A stretch of DNA of 64,000 nt from Zygnema circumcarinatum SAG 698-1b (taxonomy: Eukaryota > Plantae > Zygnematophyceae): positions 1,550,001 to 1,614,000 of the forward strand of contig CM074811.1 of NCBI GenBank assembly GCA_037447605.1, in the 5' to 3' direction. Positions 1-11,500 of this stretch are shown here, one piece after another. Below the pieces are notes generated by a model, which saw only the letters and a program-made list of their open reading frames with translations, was not told the origin of the DNA and did no database searches. The first letter of the stretch is position 1, and each line of letters begins with the position of its first letter. The position numbers were made by a program, and so were the translations under genes.

Positions 1-3000
1 GTCTGGGGGGGTCTCATTGGTGAAGGCTGGGCACCCCATCTCCCAGCAGCCGGTTAGCTAAAGAAGTAGGCATACATCAGACACAAACACCATAGTACTG
101 TAAGTTTTTACCTACAATCCTTCAGCGGGCTTATCAAACAGTATTCAGCAGCTTGTGGCTTTAAAACAGAAGCAAAGATGGTGTCCTTTGTTTTTTAGAC
201 GGGGTGTTGCTAAAGTACCACAAAGGTTGCAGATGAACCGCCGTCCTTGGTCAACAAACTTCATAAAGGGGTTGATATACGCCTTACACCGGCCACACCG
301 AACAGGTCCCGACTCCTTGAAGTCCACTACCTGCGACTCAGGCGTGCCTTGCAGCCTTAAAAATCCTTTCATGTGTGAGAGAGCCTCCAAGAAAACACTC
401 ACATCCCAATGTGTAGCCACATCACTCTTTTATCCTACTTCTCAACAGGGAAGATGTTTACCATTCACTGTCTGCCTCCTCAAACCCATATGCACAAATC
501 TTCCATTGGTGCAGAAAACCTGCAGTAATATCTGCCATCCTTATCTCTACTACCCTCCATAACTCCCTCACCTGGATGGGCTCCTCTGAGGGGTCCTGCA
601 ACGCTAGGGGCTGCACCATCAGCGCAAAAGGCATTGCTGACGTGTTGAGAAGGTCTCCCGAGCATGGAATCTGCCTCCTCCACAACAGACAGCATGAGCT
701 GGTCAGCGTCGTCAGAGGCCAATATTGAAGAAGAGACCTTAAAGCCAGGAAATGATAGAACTGAGGGGATCATCTTTCAGCAGCATCTCGCTTATTCAGC
801 ATATTCGTGTCCGTGACGACATTTTTCCAACGGCGAGCCGGAGCTATCACAACAAGGAACAATATTCCGAACAGTACAGATGTATTTTCATTCCACAGTA
901 TACATGCCACTCCTCATATTCTTCCATTGAAAGAAAAGAGTTAAAATGTTTTTCTCTAGCTATTCTTTGCTTCACCTGGTTGAGAGTGCAGCGCATGAAG
1001 CGTGGGCTGCAGTTTCCCGTGTCTTTGACCAGAAACTGTGAGGTCGCTGGCTGATGATCCCATCCCAAAAATGCCACCCCAAATTCCAACACTCAGACCA
1101 AAAGTCAAACACGCATTCCAAGCGAGGGAAGGAGTCAACATCTCCACCTCAGTCTCATTCCCAAAATGACGGAAGCAAACAAGCAGAAAGGCAGCACTTA
1201 CCGGTGGAAGGTTGGCTGTTCCATCCACTCGCGTTTCGAATGTCCGCGCTAAGGAAGGCGCCTGTGGACGCGGAATTTGATTTGGGTCGATTCGAGAGGA
1301 GGGAGGCTGTTGGGGCATGGGGGCCTGCATGGTCCCCGGAAGGATGGGCGGAGCCGGGGGCACTCCTGCAGTAGGGAGAGAGGCCGCATTTCCAATGGGA
1401 GGGAGAGGAGGGGCAAGTCCAGTGGCCTGCAAAGAAGGCGAAGCATAAGTTGGGTGACCTTGCAGCAGCAGGACAGGAGCCCAACAAGATCTGTATAGTT
1501 GCTTTGTACTTAACAGCAAAAGATTACACTGCCGCCCAGCTAAAAGGTCCCCACTCTGCCTGCCAGATGGGCGAATTTCTACAAGAAATAGCCATTCAAT
1601 ATTATTACAGCATCAATTGAAACAAAAACACGGGAAGGAGACACATAAACATGAAAAGACAGAGGGGAAGTGTGCTGGCCCATTAAGCAGCTACACATGG
1701 GTTCCATAATATGCATGCCCATAGTTTTTGTCAGCATTCCTCTAAATAAGAATAACCACTGACATGATTATTCATTCATTTGCATATGGGCCAGTCAAAG
1801 CCCTGGTTGCACTTTCTCTGGCATTGCGGATTGCAGCATAATTCCAACTAGCATTGACACGTATTAGGCTTAGGCCTATGCCTTTCCTGCACCATTTGGC
1901 CGAAGTTAAGGTTGGGGTTGGGATTGGTAGCTTTTGATCGGCCTAAGATATTTAAATTGCACGTAACAAGATAAGCTCGTTCCCACACAGAATCAGCTCG
2001 AGCTGAAATGATCATAATTTTTTTCTGCTTTCTAGATGCATCCGTTTCCTACCGCATACCCCATTTCTTGCTCCGCAGTTGTACTTGCCTCCCGAACAAT
2101 CGATGACAACTTAGACGGGCTCACCCTCTATCTCTTTTAGCTCAAATCAGTCCCTATTCTCTCTATAGCCAAACCGTAAACAGTTGATCCACGCAAATTG
2201 TCTAGCTCACTGTCCTCAGTTCTGTGCCTAATGTTATCACATCAGAAATTCTGAAGTATTAAATCCTCTCGATTATTTGCCACACCAAAAAAAATTGTAT
2301 ATCTGCGTGAATGCTAACAACATACAAAGGATCCGGTAGATTGAGTTTTGGAAATCTGGAAGCCCTTCCAAAAAAAAAAAAAGAAGGGCCCGACTGGACA
2401 GGCGATATTCTTTTTTCTAGACATATTGCATCAGTGGCTACGAGCCGAATTTAGCTGCCTGTCGGTGAAGTTATGTGAATCGCTTTTGTGTAATAGATAA
2501 ACTAAATCATACCTAATAAGTACTTAAAACCAACCTCTCATCCCGTAATGACATGTATAGGTTCGAGTTTGGTCATGTTTAGGTCAGATCCTAAGTGGCA
2601 GTTCTCAGATATGCAGGGTTCAGCATCACTATAAAAAAAGGGCAGCTAGTCGATATGAAATTGCCTAGCACAAGGGTAACAAGCGGAATAAACCCTCAAC
2701 AAGAAGTAACAAGACCTTTTCGGTGTTTCAAACCTAAATGCCAAAAATAAGCATCGAGTCTGATGCACCTTACAACGATCTGGCAAAACAGGCCAAGCTA
2801 CAAGCATTATCCGCTTCCTATCGGCAGGAGGAATCTGAATCAGACCCAACTCCAATAGTGATAAGGTTCCACTAAAGACGACAGATTCCTAATAGTGTCG
2901 TTCTAAGAACATGATGAGTTTACTAAGAGCGAGTCGCACTCGTTTAAAAAATAGCTGCAACCGCCACTACCTCTTGACTGATCCGAGAAAAAAAATCTTC

Positions 3001-4271
3001 TTGGCTAGTCGGTAATTTTCAAATGCTCAGATTAAGTGCTGAAACCCTCCTTGACCAAGCTTGATTGAAACGGAGAGCAATCAGGCTTGGGAAAGGCTGT
3101 CGACACTAAATTTTTGCAATGCTTATGCTTGTAGGCACATCTTTCCTCATGGAAGGTAAGGCTGTTCTTTTGAAGGAAAAAAAAGACAAACAACTTTAGG
3201 AAGTCCTGGCTAAGGGATCTTACTGTACAAGGCTCCAGGGCAGCATAGGGTGGGAAACAAGTGCAAAATCGAGCATATGCATTCGAGGAACAGGAACATG
3301 ACTAGAAGTCTGATGGGAGGGCAAACTCCACTTACCCCAGGGACAGATCCGCCATATGCGTTGGGATAAACTCTGCGTGCTTGATGGGGAGCCTGATAAG
3401 ACCCTACGGCAGGGACAGAAGGTGGAAGGGGGGGACCTCCAGGAGCCAACTGAGGAGGAGGGGGGCCAGTCAAAGACAGTTGTCCTAGTTCTGGTGTAGG
3501 AGGAGCTACTTGCTGATAGGCTTGAAGGGGAGGGTGTCCTGAAAAGACAGGTGGACCAGCAGTAGGGGTTGGAACTGAAGGAACAGGCTGCGCATTAGAA
3601 AAGGCATTTGGAGCATGCTGTGCAAGCGGAGGAGCAGGACCAGGGGGTATCGGAAGGGAAGGCTGTTGAGGCCTTGCTGCAAATGCAGTCTGCGCAAATG
3701 AGGTCGGAGGGGCCTGCTGAGCAAACGGCGAAGAACTGAAGGGGGAGGGAGGAGGGCCTGCTGGTGCGGTTTCTGGTGCTCCAGCAAAGTTTGAAGAGGG
3801 AGGCTGCGATGCAGGGGGCATGGGTGAAGCAAGATTGGCCCGAGGCGGCGGTGCAGTGACAAAAGAACCACTAGGAGCGGCTGCTGTGACTGTTGGAGGA
3901 TAGCCTGGGGGAGGTGCCCCCGGCCCCGGGCCTGGAGGGCCAGCTGGACGAGGCACAGCCCCAGGAGGAGGGCCGCGGGGAGCACCAGGCCTTACGCCTG
4001 GAGGAGGGCCTGGAGGGCCTCTCGCTCCCGGAGGAGCTGCTGAAGGAGGTCCATACCGGGGCCCTGCAGGAGCGACGCCTGGCGGGGGCCCAGAAGGGCG
4101 CCCTCCTTGCCATCCGGGAGGCGGCGCAGTGGGCCCCGAAGGCCCAACAGGTGCGCGGGGAGCTCCGGGCGGGAAAGGACCTCCCGGGCCGCGGCTGGGA
4201 GGAGGCTGCTGCATGCCTGGAGGCGGCGCAGAGGGAGGCCCTCCGGGGCGAGGCTGCTGCTGCGGCCTCAT
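1..4271 (-). CDS. SEC24: SEC24C/CEF-like COPII coat subunit, 5' part (spliced; continues beyond window start)
   Basis: Likely start MRPQQQ at 4271. Pro-rich exon 4271-3336 and exon 1422-~1202 (SSRIDPNQIPRP) are followed by exons encoding ATSQFLVKDTGNCSPRFMRCTLNQ, IPCSGDLLNTSAMPFALMVQPLALQDPSEEPIQ and VVDFKESGPVRCGRCKAYINPFMKFVDQGRRFICNLCG (Sec23/24 zinc finger), then FTNETPPD at the window edge. Junctions are GT-AG. Confidence 0.95.
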
Positions 4272-4560
4272 GGCCAGCGGGCAGAGCGAGCGGGAGGGCA
4301 GCGCAGGGCCGAGCAGGGCAGCAGAGGGCAGGGCAGGGCAGAGCAGAGCAGCTGGCGGGGAGGGGGAGAGTTGCAGCCCGAGGGAGGAAGGGAGGGAGGG
4401 AGGCAGGGAGGAGGGGGGGCCGAGCTGCCGCTCCATGGGAGTCGTTCCGTTATTTTGCACAGAACGGCGGTTCCATGGAAAGTGGTTCCGGTTCCTGCGC
4501 GCGGGAAAGCTGGAAACGGCCGGGGGTCGGCTGGCTGGCGGGCGGGTGCGAACGAAGACG

Positions 4561-4660
4561 TCTGAAATCTTAAGTCAGAAGTCCAAGAGCTTGAAGTCTG
4601 AAAGTCCAAAGCCCGACCGTTCGAAGTCCGAAATCTGAAGTCAAAAGTCTGAAGTCCGAG
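4561..4660 (+). repeat. Degenerate heptamer array (GAAGTCY-like) upstream of SEC24
   Basis: Repeated gaagtcc/gaagtct/gaaatct units: tctgaaatcttaagtcagaagtccaagagcttgaagtctgaaagtcc...cgaagtccgaaatctgaagtcaaaagtctgaagtccg. Confidence 0.6.
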
Positions 4661-4691
4661 GTGAAACAATCGAAGCTGCCACGACGCACTG

Positions 4692-4713
4692 CCAATCAGA
4701 GACAGCCACGTGG
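4692..4713 (+). promoter_or_regulatory. ERSE-type element CCAAT-N9-CCACG overlapping a G-box (CCACGTGG) upstream of SEC24
   Basis: CCAAT (4692-4696), cagagacag (9 nt), CCACG (4706-4710), about 420 bp upstream of the SEC24 start codon. Confidence 0.55.
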
Positions 4714-4858
4714 CAATATGGACGACATGCGGGCATGTTCATTCCTGTCGTATGTGTGGGCGCGTATTGGGAAGGGCAGGGCTACGTTGTTGCGCCCCTA
4801 GGCGTAGTTTTTCGTTCCCAGCTTTTTACTTTTGTGGCTAGGTCCTGTGCGACCAATT

Positions 4859-4919
4859 CCCCATGATGATTTTGTCCATGTATATTTGATGGCATCGCCA
4901 TCGTGAGATCAAATGCCAC
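4859..4919 (+). repeat. Dispersed intergenic element, copy 1 (core CATCGCCATCGTGAG)
   Basis: Aligns with 28168-28237 (+) and 49509-49582 (-). The 15-bp core at 4893-4907 is identical in all three copies. Confidence 0.75.
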
Positions 4920-5528
4920 TTCCAACTTTTGCCCATAGTAGTTGCAGTTCTGGCGAAATGTTTATGGCGCAGTTAGAGTACTGTAGGCTGTTTACATAAT
5001 ATTTATATGTTTGTAAATACGAGTGTCAATATCTGAAAAATATGTAGAGGATATATGTAACCCTAGGAGCCCTGAAATCCCGAACTAAGGATTGGCGTAA
5101 ATAGAATGGCCTACACTTTTCACGCCATGCATCTAAGACTGTGGCTTCGTATTCAGTGGGGTCCGCACTATTCAGAGGTAAACCGGGTGAAGTAAACGAG
5201 TTTGCAATTGGGGTGGCCCACACTAAACGGGAACGGTTAATAATAGCAAATATACCTACACAAGCAGTGAGGAGAAACGCCTTCACAAGCAGTAAAAGTC
5301 AACTCAAGAGATATTAACTCAAGAGCTGATGGATACTCGTGCTATTGGTGTGGTCGTCGTCTACATTTGACCTAGCAACACACAAGAGTCGGAATTACCT
5401 GCACTGCTAAAGGACAGATGAACCGCAACCCTTCCAGTTGAATAGAAATGCACATTGAGTACATGGCCACTAGCATGTGCCTTTATAAGTCAAAGCTAGC
5501 ATACCTTGGCTTGCACTCACTAGGCCCC

Positions 5529-8500
5529 TCATTGGCCTGCTATCTCGTTGTCATCAGACTTCGCCACCGATTCCTCTTTCTTCTCTAATCTCGCTGAAGC
5601 GTAGTCCATCAAAACGCTTTCTTTTTGTTGGGGATCTGCAGAGACTTCCTCCTTTCCATCTGCAAGCTCCTCTGACGGCTCGGATGCTTGTTCTGAAGGC
5701 ACCTTCTCATTTGCGCCAGTCACTTGTGAATCCATATCTTCCTGGTTCTGTTTACCAATCCGTATAATGCTGGGCCCACCAATTCTCAATTTCAATAGCT
5801 CACTCCTCCATGCCAAGATTAGTCTCCCTTTTTTGTCTATCGCCTCATAGAAGGTTTGCCCTCCCTTCTTTGTGGGAAAGGGTACCTTTGCATCCGGAGG
5901 TGCTTCGAGGGAGCCGATGTAAACCAGGCAAAGTCCGTTACCCAGCTGCATCTTCTTCCATTTCCCTCTAGTTGCAATGACGAGGCCTTGTCCAACTAGT
6001 TCTCCATCCGCGTCCAACACCTCCACTTCATCTTCTCTTCTTAGCCTATTTCCTCTGTCCGCATGTTCTGACTTAGATGACCCTTTGGCGCTTGTTGCAC
6101 TTTCCCGAAACCTGCTCCTGCCCTTGCCTTCTCCGTTTGAACCCTCTTCATGCTCCACGTCTTCACACTCCATCCCTGCCTTAACCTTCCCAGTACCCTC
6201 CTCTGCCTTCCCTTCCAGGTCATCGTCATCCTCCTCCTCGGACTCATCTTCCTTATCTTCACTTTCGTCCTCCTGTCCTTCACCTCCACTTTGCTCCTCG
6301 CCTCCCCCTTCACCCTCCAACGAATCCTCCTCACCAGAGTCATGGTTACCATTCTCATCCTTGTCCTTTTCATCCCCTACTTGCTGCTCCTTCCTTATTT
6401 CTCCTGCCTTCTTCACAAACCCTTTTCCTTCTATGCCATCCAGCTCTCCTTCACCTTCTTCCTCCTCGAGGTCCCCATCCTCCTCTCGGCCACCTCCATC
6501 AACTTCATCCTCACCCTCTACCTCTTCCTCCGATTCCTCACTGTCTCCTTCTTCTGCCCCATCACCATCAAACTGTCGCTGGTCCAAATGCTTCAATACG
6601 CTGTCCTCGTCTCTCCCACTCTCGTTTCCTGCTGCATCCAGTTGTCCCTCAGGTCCACTTTGCACAATCCCGGCCCTCACTCTCTCCCCAGGAGGTACCT
6701 TCCTTTTCTTCTTTCTGAGACTTGCGTCGGCTCCTGCAGTCTCCTCTCCCTTTTCTGGTGTAGTCCTTGGCCTCCTTCGTTTGGCAGGAAGTACGGGAGG
6801 AGCCAATACAGTCTCTCGTCGAACCGCTCTACTAGCTACTGGCCTCCGGCCTCTGTGCTTGTGATTGTTGATCCTGAACAGATACCGAATCGAGAGAAAC
6901 ATTTAAAACGGCACAAGGTTCTGTAGAAACATACAACTAGAGTGCATACGGGACAAATCGTGTTGACAAACTAGGACAGCCCTGCCTCACAGACACAAGG
7001 ATTTATGTCTTAAAACACCTCGTCCAAAACATTCATTGAAAGCTTGTGTTCTTCGGATGGGTGCCTACAAACTTGTGTGCTTTTTCACATGATCAAAACA
7101 GCAAGATACAGATAACACGAGGACAGAGAAAACGAACCAAACACTGTATCTGAGAGTGTCATGGAACAGTCCAAACTATGGGACAAAAAACAAAAAATAA
7201 TCATCAGCATTAATGCCCCAAAAAGACCTCACCGAGGGAACACCAGTCGGGTCATATCAACGGACTAACTCTAAAAGAGCCAGGAATCAAGTTCCTTACC
7301 AGTTTTTCAGTTGAGTGATCGATATTCTTGATCCCTGCATAAGCATGAGCCATAATCAGCTGCATCAGGAGAAGAATAATCTCCTCCCAACAGGCCATTG
7401 ACATGCACAACAACAGCATAAGAAAGGGGACTACTGAACACCCTTCGATCCTAGCAGAAGCATTGTAGTAAAGCTTGGAAAGGCATGCAACTAGTTCTGC
7501 CATGCACAATTGATGGAGTCCTTACCTGGACCATGTCATTAAGCACATTCACCCACTGCTGCAGAAGTTCTGGAAACCGATGCATGTCGGGTTCCTCCCT
7601 GAGGGCCTCTTCCATGGCATCCGCTTGATCTTCAGTCATAATCCTCCGTCTGGCAACCCGTACCTTATCGTCGATTCCAGGCAGAGGACCTTGTTTTGAC
7701 ATTTTACTTGGCACTTCCTGTGCATCGTCCCTTGCTACCTCGTCGTCGCCTTCCCCTCTCTTTCTTCTTCCAACACTCTTCAGTCTTGCTTCGCCTTCCT
7801 CCGCATCACTCACCTCCACTCCATCCCCGATATCATCCTCTACCCCCTTTCCACTAATACTATCAAGAGCCTTCACTTTCCCTCGAGAACGAACCCTGTC
7901 AACAACCCTCTTCTGAGCTCGCTTACCGCTTGTCCATTTTCGCCGAACCTTTTTCCTTGGGCGATTTCCCCAGCCGTGTGTTCCCCCAGAAGGAACCTCC
8001 CGTTTCACCTTTTTCAGTTTCCTTTCCATTGTCTCATCCTCCTCATCCGTCATCCCTCTCTTTTGACTCCCACCAGACTCACCATCATCCTCTCCTTGTT
8101 TCCCTTCACTCTCGCTCTCGCTCCCTTTTCCATCATCCCTCTCGTAAAGCTGAAGGGTCTGTTCTTTCGGTAATTTCTTCATCCTCGTCTTCTGGCGTGA
8201 TCGGATATTACCCTCACCTTCTACATCCGATGCACCTTGTTGTTCTCCTGACTGTTCCACGCTCTGAAGGTCATCCTTACTCTGCCTTTCTATAAGAGTT
8301 CCTCCTGTCATTTCTTTACCCAGAATTTTCTGTTCCACAGACTTTTTACGAGCTTCTGAGACAGGTTTGCCCAATTTGATGCTTTTTCCACCTTGGTTGC
8401 GTGTAGCCTTGCCACTTCTATAATCTTCTCCCTTGAGCTTCTTATTCCCAGTTTGTTTCAAGGAAGTAGACTTCATATGCTCTTGAGAAGCTCCTTTCCT

Positions 8501-11500
8501 GGACCTCCTCGGCCAACTCCCACCCCTCACACGTTCCCAGGAAGAACCCTTTCCTCCTTCCACACCATTCTCATCTCTGGATTTGCCCATCCCCATGAAC
8601 CCTGCCTTTCTCGAATGAAGTCCTTCATCCTGCGGTTGGCGCCTTCCAAAACCCCTTGCCGGAGAGCCACCAACCTCATTGGCTTCTTTACCATTCATCC
8701 GTCTGCTTGCCCCCGGGCCCCCCTCCTGCTTGAACTCGCCCTCTGCAAAAGTTGCCATAAGGCGCTGCCAGCGAGGCTGCTGCTCCCTGCGGGACTGCCA
8801 CTGATGGAGGTTCTGCTCATGCGCATCAAGGATGGAGGCCTCTTGAGAGTGGTCCTGGAGTCAACAAGACCAGCAGTTTGTCAAATCAGCATTTTTCTAC
8901 ACAGCAGAGGAGGTATTTATGAAAAACGAAACTAGATGTAAAAGAAGTGGGTCCATCGGTGCAAACTTTGAATCTTTTGTCAAGGTGGCGTCAGCTCCTT
9001 TCTGACCAGCCTACTTGGAAATTTTACAACCATTTCTCTAAATTCATTGTATTTTAGAACCGGCCGCACAACCTCCATAACTGTGATTCTATAAAAGGAC
9101 GGTGATTACGTGGAGAAACTGTCACTTTCAATACTCCTTTGTCAGAAAGTAATGCGTAGCCACTAGGGAGAGCGTTAACTCGAAAGTAAACAAAAAAATG
9201 GTCTCTCCGAATCACACACTGTCATTCACAATCCCCTGATGCATGTTGACTACACATTTAATGCGGCTAATTGACATATACTACATGAAGTTAACTTAGA
9301 ATCCGGTTGTCTTCAAAAGCACTCGACAAAAAAGAGCGTTGAGCCTCACAGTCGTTGACGAGCAAGAGTCTTTCAATCCGCTGTGGGAACAGATCGCGCC
9401 ATGAAGTGCTTCAGAAAAACGGCTGCAAGACCATGTCCCGTTCACATGGTCACCTCAAGGAATGACAAACTTAACCTAGCTACTAATGCTTTGACGAACT
9501 CTATCATTAAAAAGGTGAACACAATTGCCATAAAATCTGCCATTGACCCCACAACGAAGAGGTGTACTTCCACGTGGAAATGCAGCAATCACTGAGAATT
9601 GCGTGACCTTAGCACCCTCTCCCTTCCAGGACTGCTCAATTCAAAAGGTACTCAACGTCCAACTTTGCTTTCCGCAGCTTTGCTCATCAGTGGCCCGCTA
9701 AGGCATGTTAAAAATATAAGTCTGAGGCAAAGAGGGGATGACGAGAGCATCATGAAGCACCTGACAAGGTAAATATCGTCGTTAGCAACCTTATCCTCCG
9801 GAAGAGACATCACGAACTCCACTAACAGATCTGCACAGCATGCATCCTTCGATTTCGTCAAACAAACCGATCTAACTAATTTTTGCTGACTTGTTTGACG
9901 AAAGTGGTAATAGTAAGTATTGTGGGATGTGGACTGTCCAGTGTTCAAAAGCTGGTATATCCTCTGTGTAATACTTCAAAGCTGCGACAAATTAGCTCAG
10001 ACTACGAGTTGGTTACATGAACAGGTACTCGTCGTTGCAAAATGAAGACTCGGTTCGGCAGGAAAAAGCATTGAGCCAAAGCATACAGAAAACTGAGGGC
10101 AGGACAAGAGTGTGATGCTGAAGAAAGGAACCATATAACCTTTCATCCGAACTGCTTGTATGACACTTCAAGTACTTTCAGGACAATTTCAGATGCAACA
10201 ACTTACAAAGGTTCTCACAGATGCGGACTGCAGTGCGTGCTCGAGACTGGATAAAGCATTGATGATCGGGCAGCAGCGGGCCAACTTTAAGACAATCGAT
10301 GAAGTTTTTCAAAAACTGGTCCCTCGTCTCTGTTTCCACACCAAGTTCAAGCTAAATGAAACGCAAACTAATCGAGTACGAACTGAAACAATGAAGGACC
10401 CACTCATGCGGCAAATTACCTTGTTTTTTTTAAATTGGGAAGGGAAAAACCACAAACCTTCAGCTGTCCTTCGACAGGAATGATTACACTAAAACACATA
10501 AGGAGCACTTCCTACACAAGTATCGAGAAAAATCCTCTGCATGATTCAGGAGCGAACACTTTGTAACAAAGGCTATTTTTCATCCACCTGTTTGCAAGAA
10601 CTACATCAAAGCTGGGACTGAAGAGAAATGGATTAACTTACCTGATGTTACGTAGGGATTATAACAAAGAAGGTTTCCAAACAAATGCACCAGCAGGGAA
10701 GCCATCTCATGCACATGAGCCTCCTCTGCCATCTTTTCCGGCTTCAAATGCACTGGCGCTTCCGCATCATCTGCTCCGGGTACTTTGTTAATCAAATCCA
10801 AAACCGATATCTTCACCTCCTGATCGTCTCCCGCCTTCTTCACTTCGTCGTGAAACTCTTCCCATTTCTCCTTCAGTTGGAACACAGCACCCAATGCATG
10901 AAAAGGTCTATACACAACAAATGCATCGGCCTCTTTTCTCGCCCGCCCTCGAGCCACTTCGCCTCCTAACCAGTGCGAGACAAACTCTGCAGGGGGAGCT
11001 GCGAGCATCTCAGCCAAGCACGGGGTCTGCAAGAGGAAACAAGGGCAAGTCAGCTGCATACAAGGAAGGTTGACAAGGAATGGTCAACAGAAAAGTTTTA
11101 AGCCAGCTAATATGTACTCACTACTGCCTGGACCTTGTTAAGACTTCAAAATTCCAGATTCCACGAGTTCGGAGCTCGCATCATGTCTAGACAAACGAGT
11201 CAAAACGGTGTGGATAAACAAGATCCAAGCGGTAGTAAGCCAGCCGAGAAAGTCTTCTACAAAGACACAAACCCTTAGTGTACATACATCGGTGCATGCA
11301 AACCCTCGGTACACACAGCGTCGCATTTGAGGAATTTAAAAATATTGAAGATGCACTGTTAACTTCCATTGACCGGTTTCTGACATGTTGCTTTGAATAA
11401 GCAACATGTCAGCTGAAAGCTGTTAATAAAGACATTCCTCACATCACATGTGCATGTAATAACTTTCTTATCAGAAAGAGAGCTATTCCTTATACTTCCT

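Noticed and set aside
3871-4669. Several long GC-rich ORFs (3893..4573 +, 4107..4565 +, 4129..4638 +, 3871..4113 -)
   Set aside because: These are antisense or alternative frames of the Pro-rich SEC24 exon and its 5' leader, kept open by low-complexity GC-rich sequence.
5026-5286. 86-aa minus-strand ORF between NDX and SEC24
   Set aside because: No recognisable motif or splice context; it lies in the NDX 3' flank and could be chance.
5977-8935. Plus-strand ORFs 5977..6864, 6150..6926, 7930..8295 and 8393..8935
   Set aside because: Ser/Leu/Pro-rich mirror translations of the charged NDX exons.
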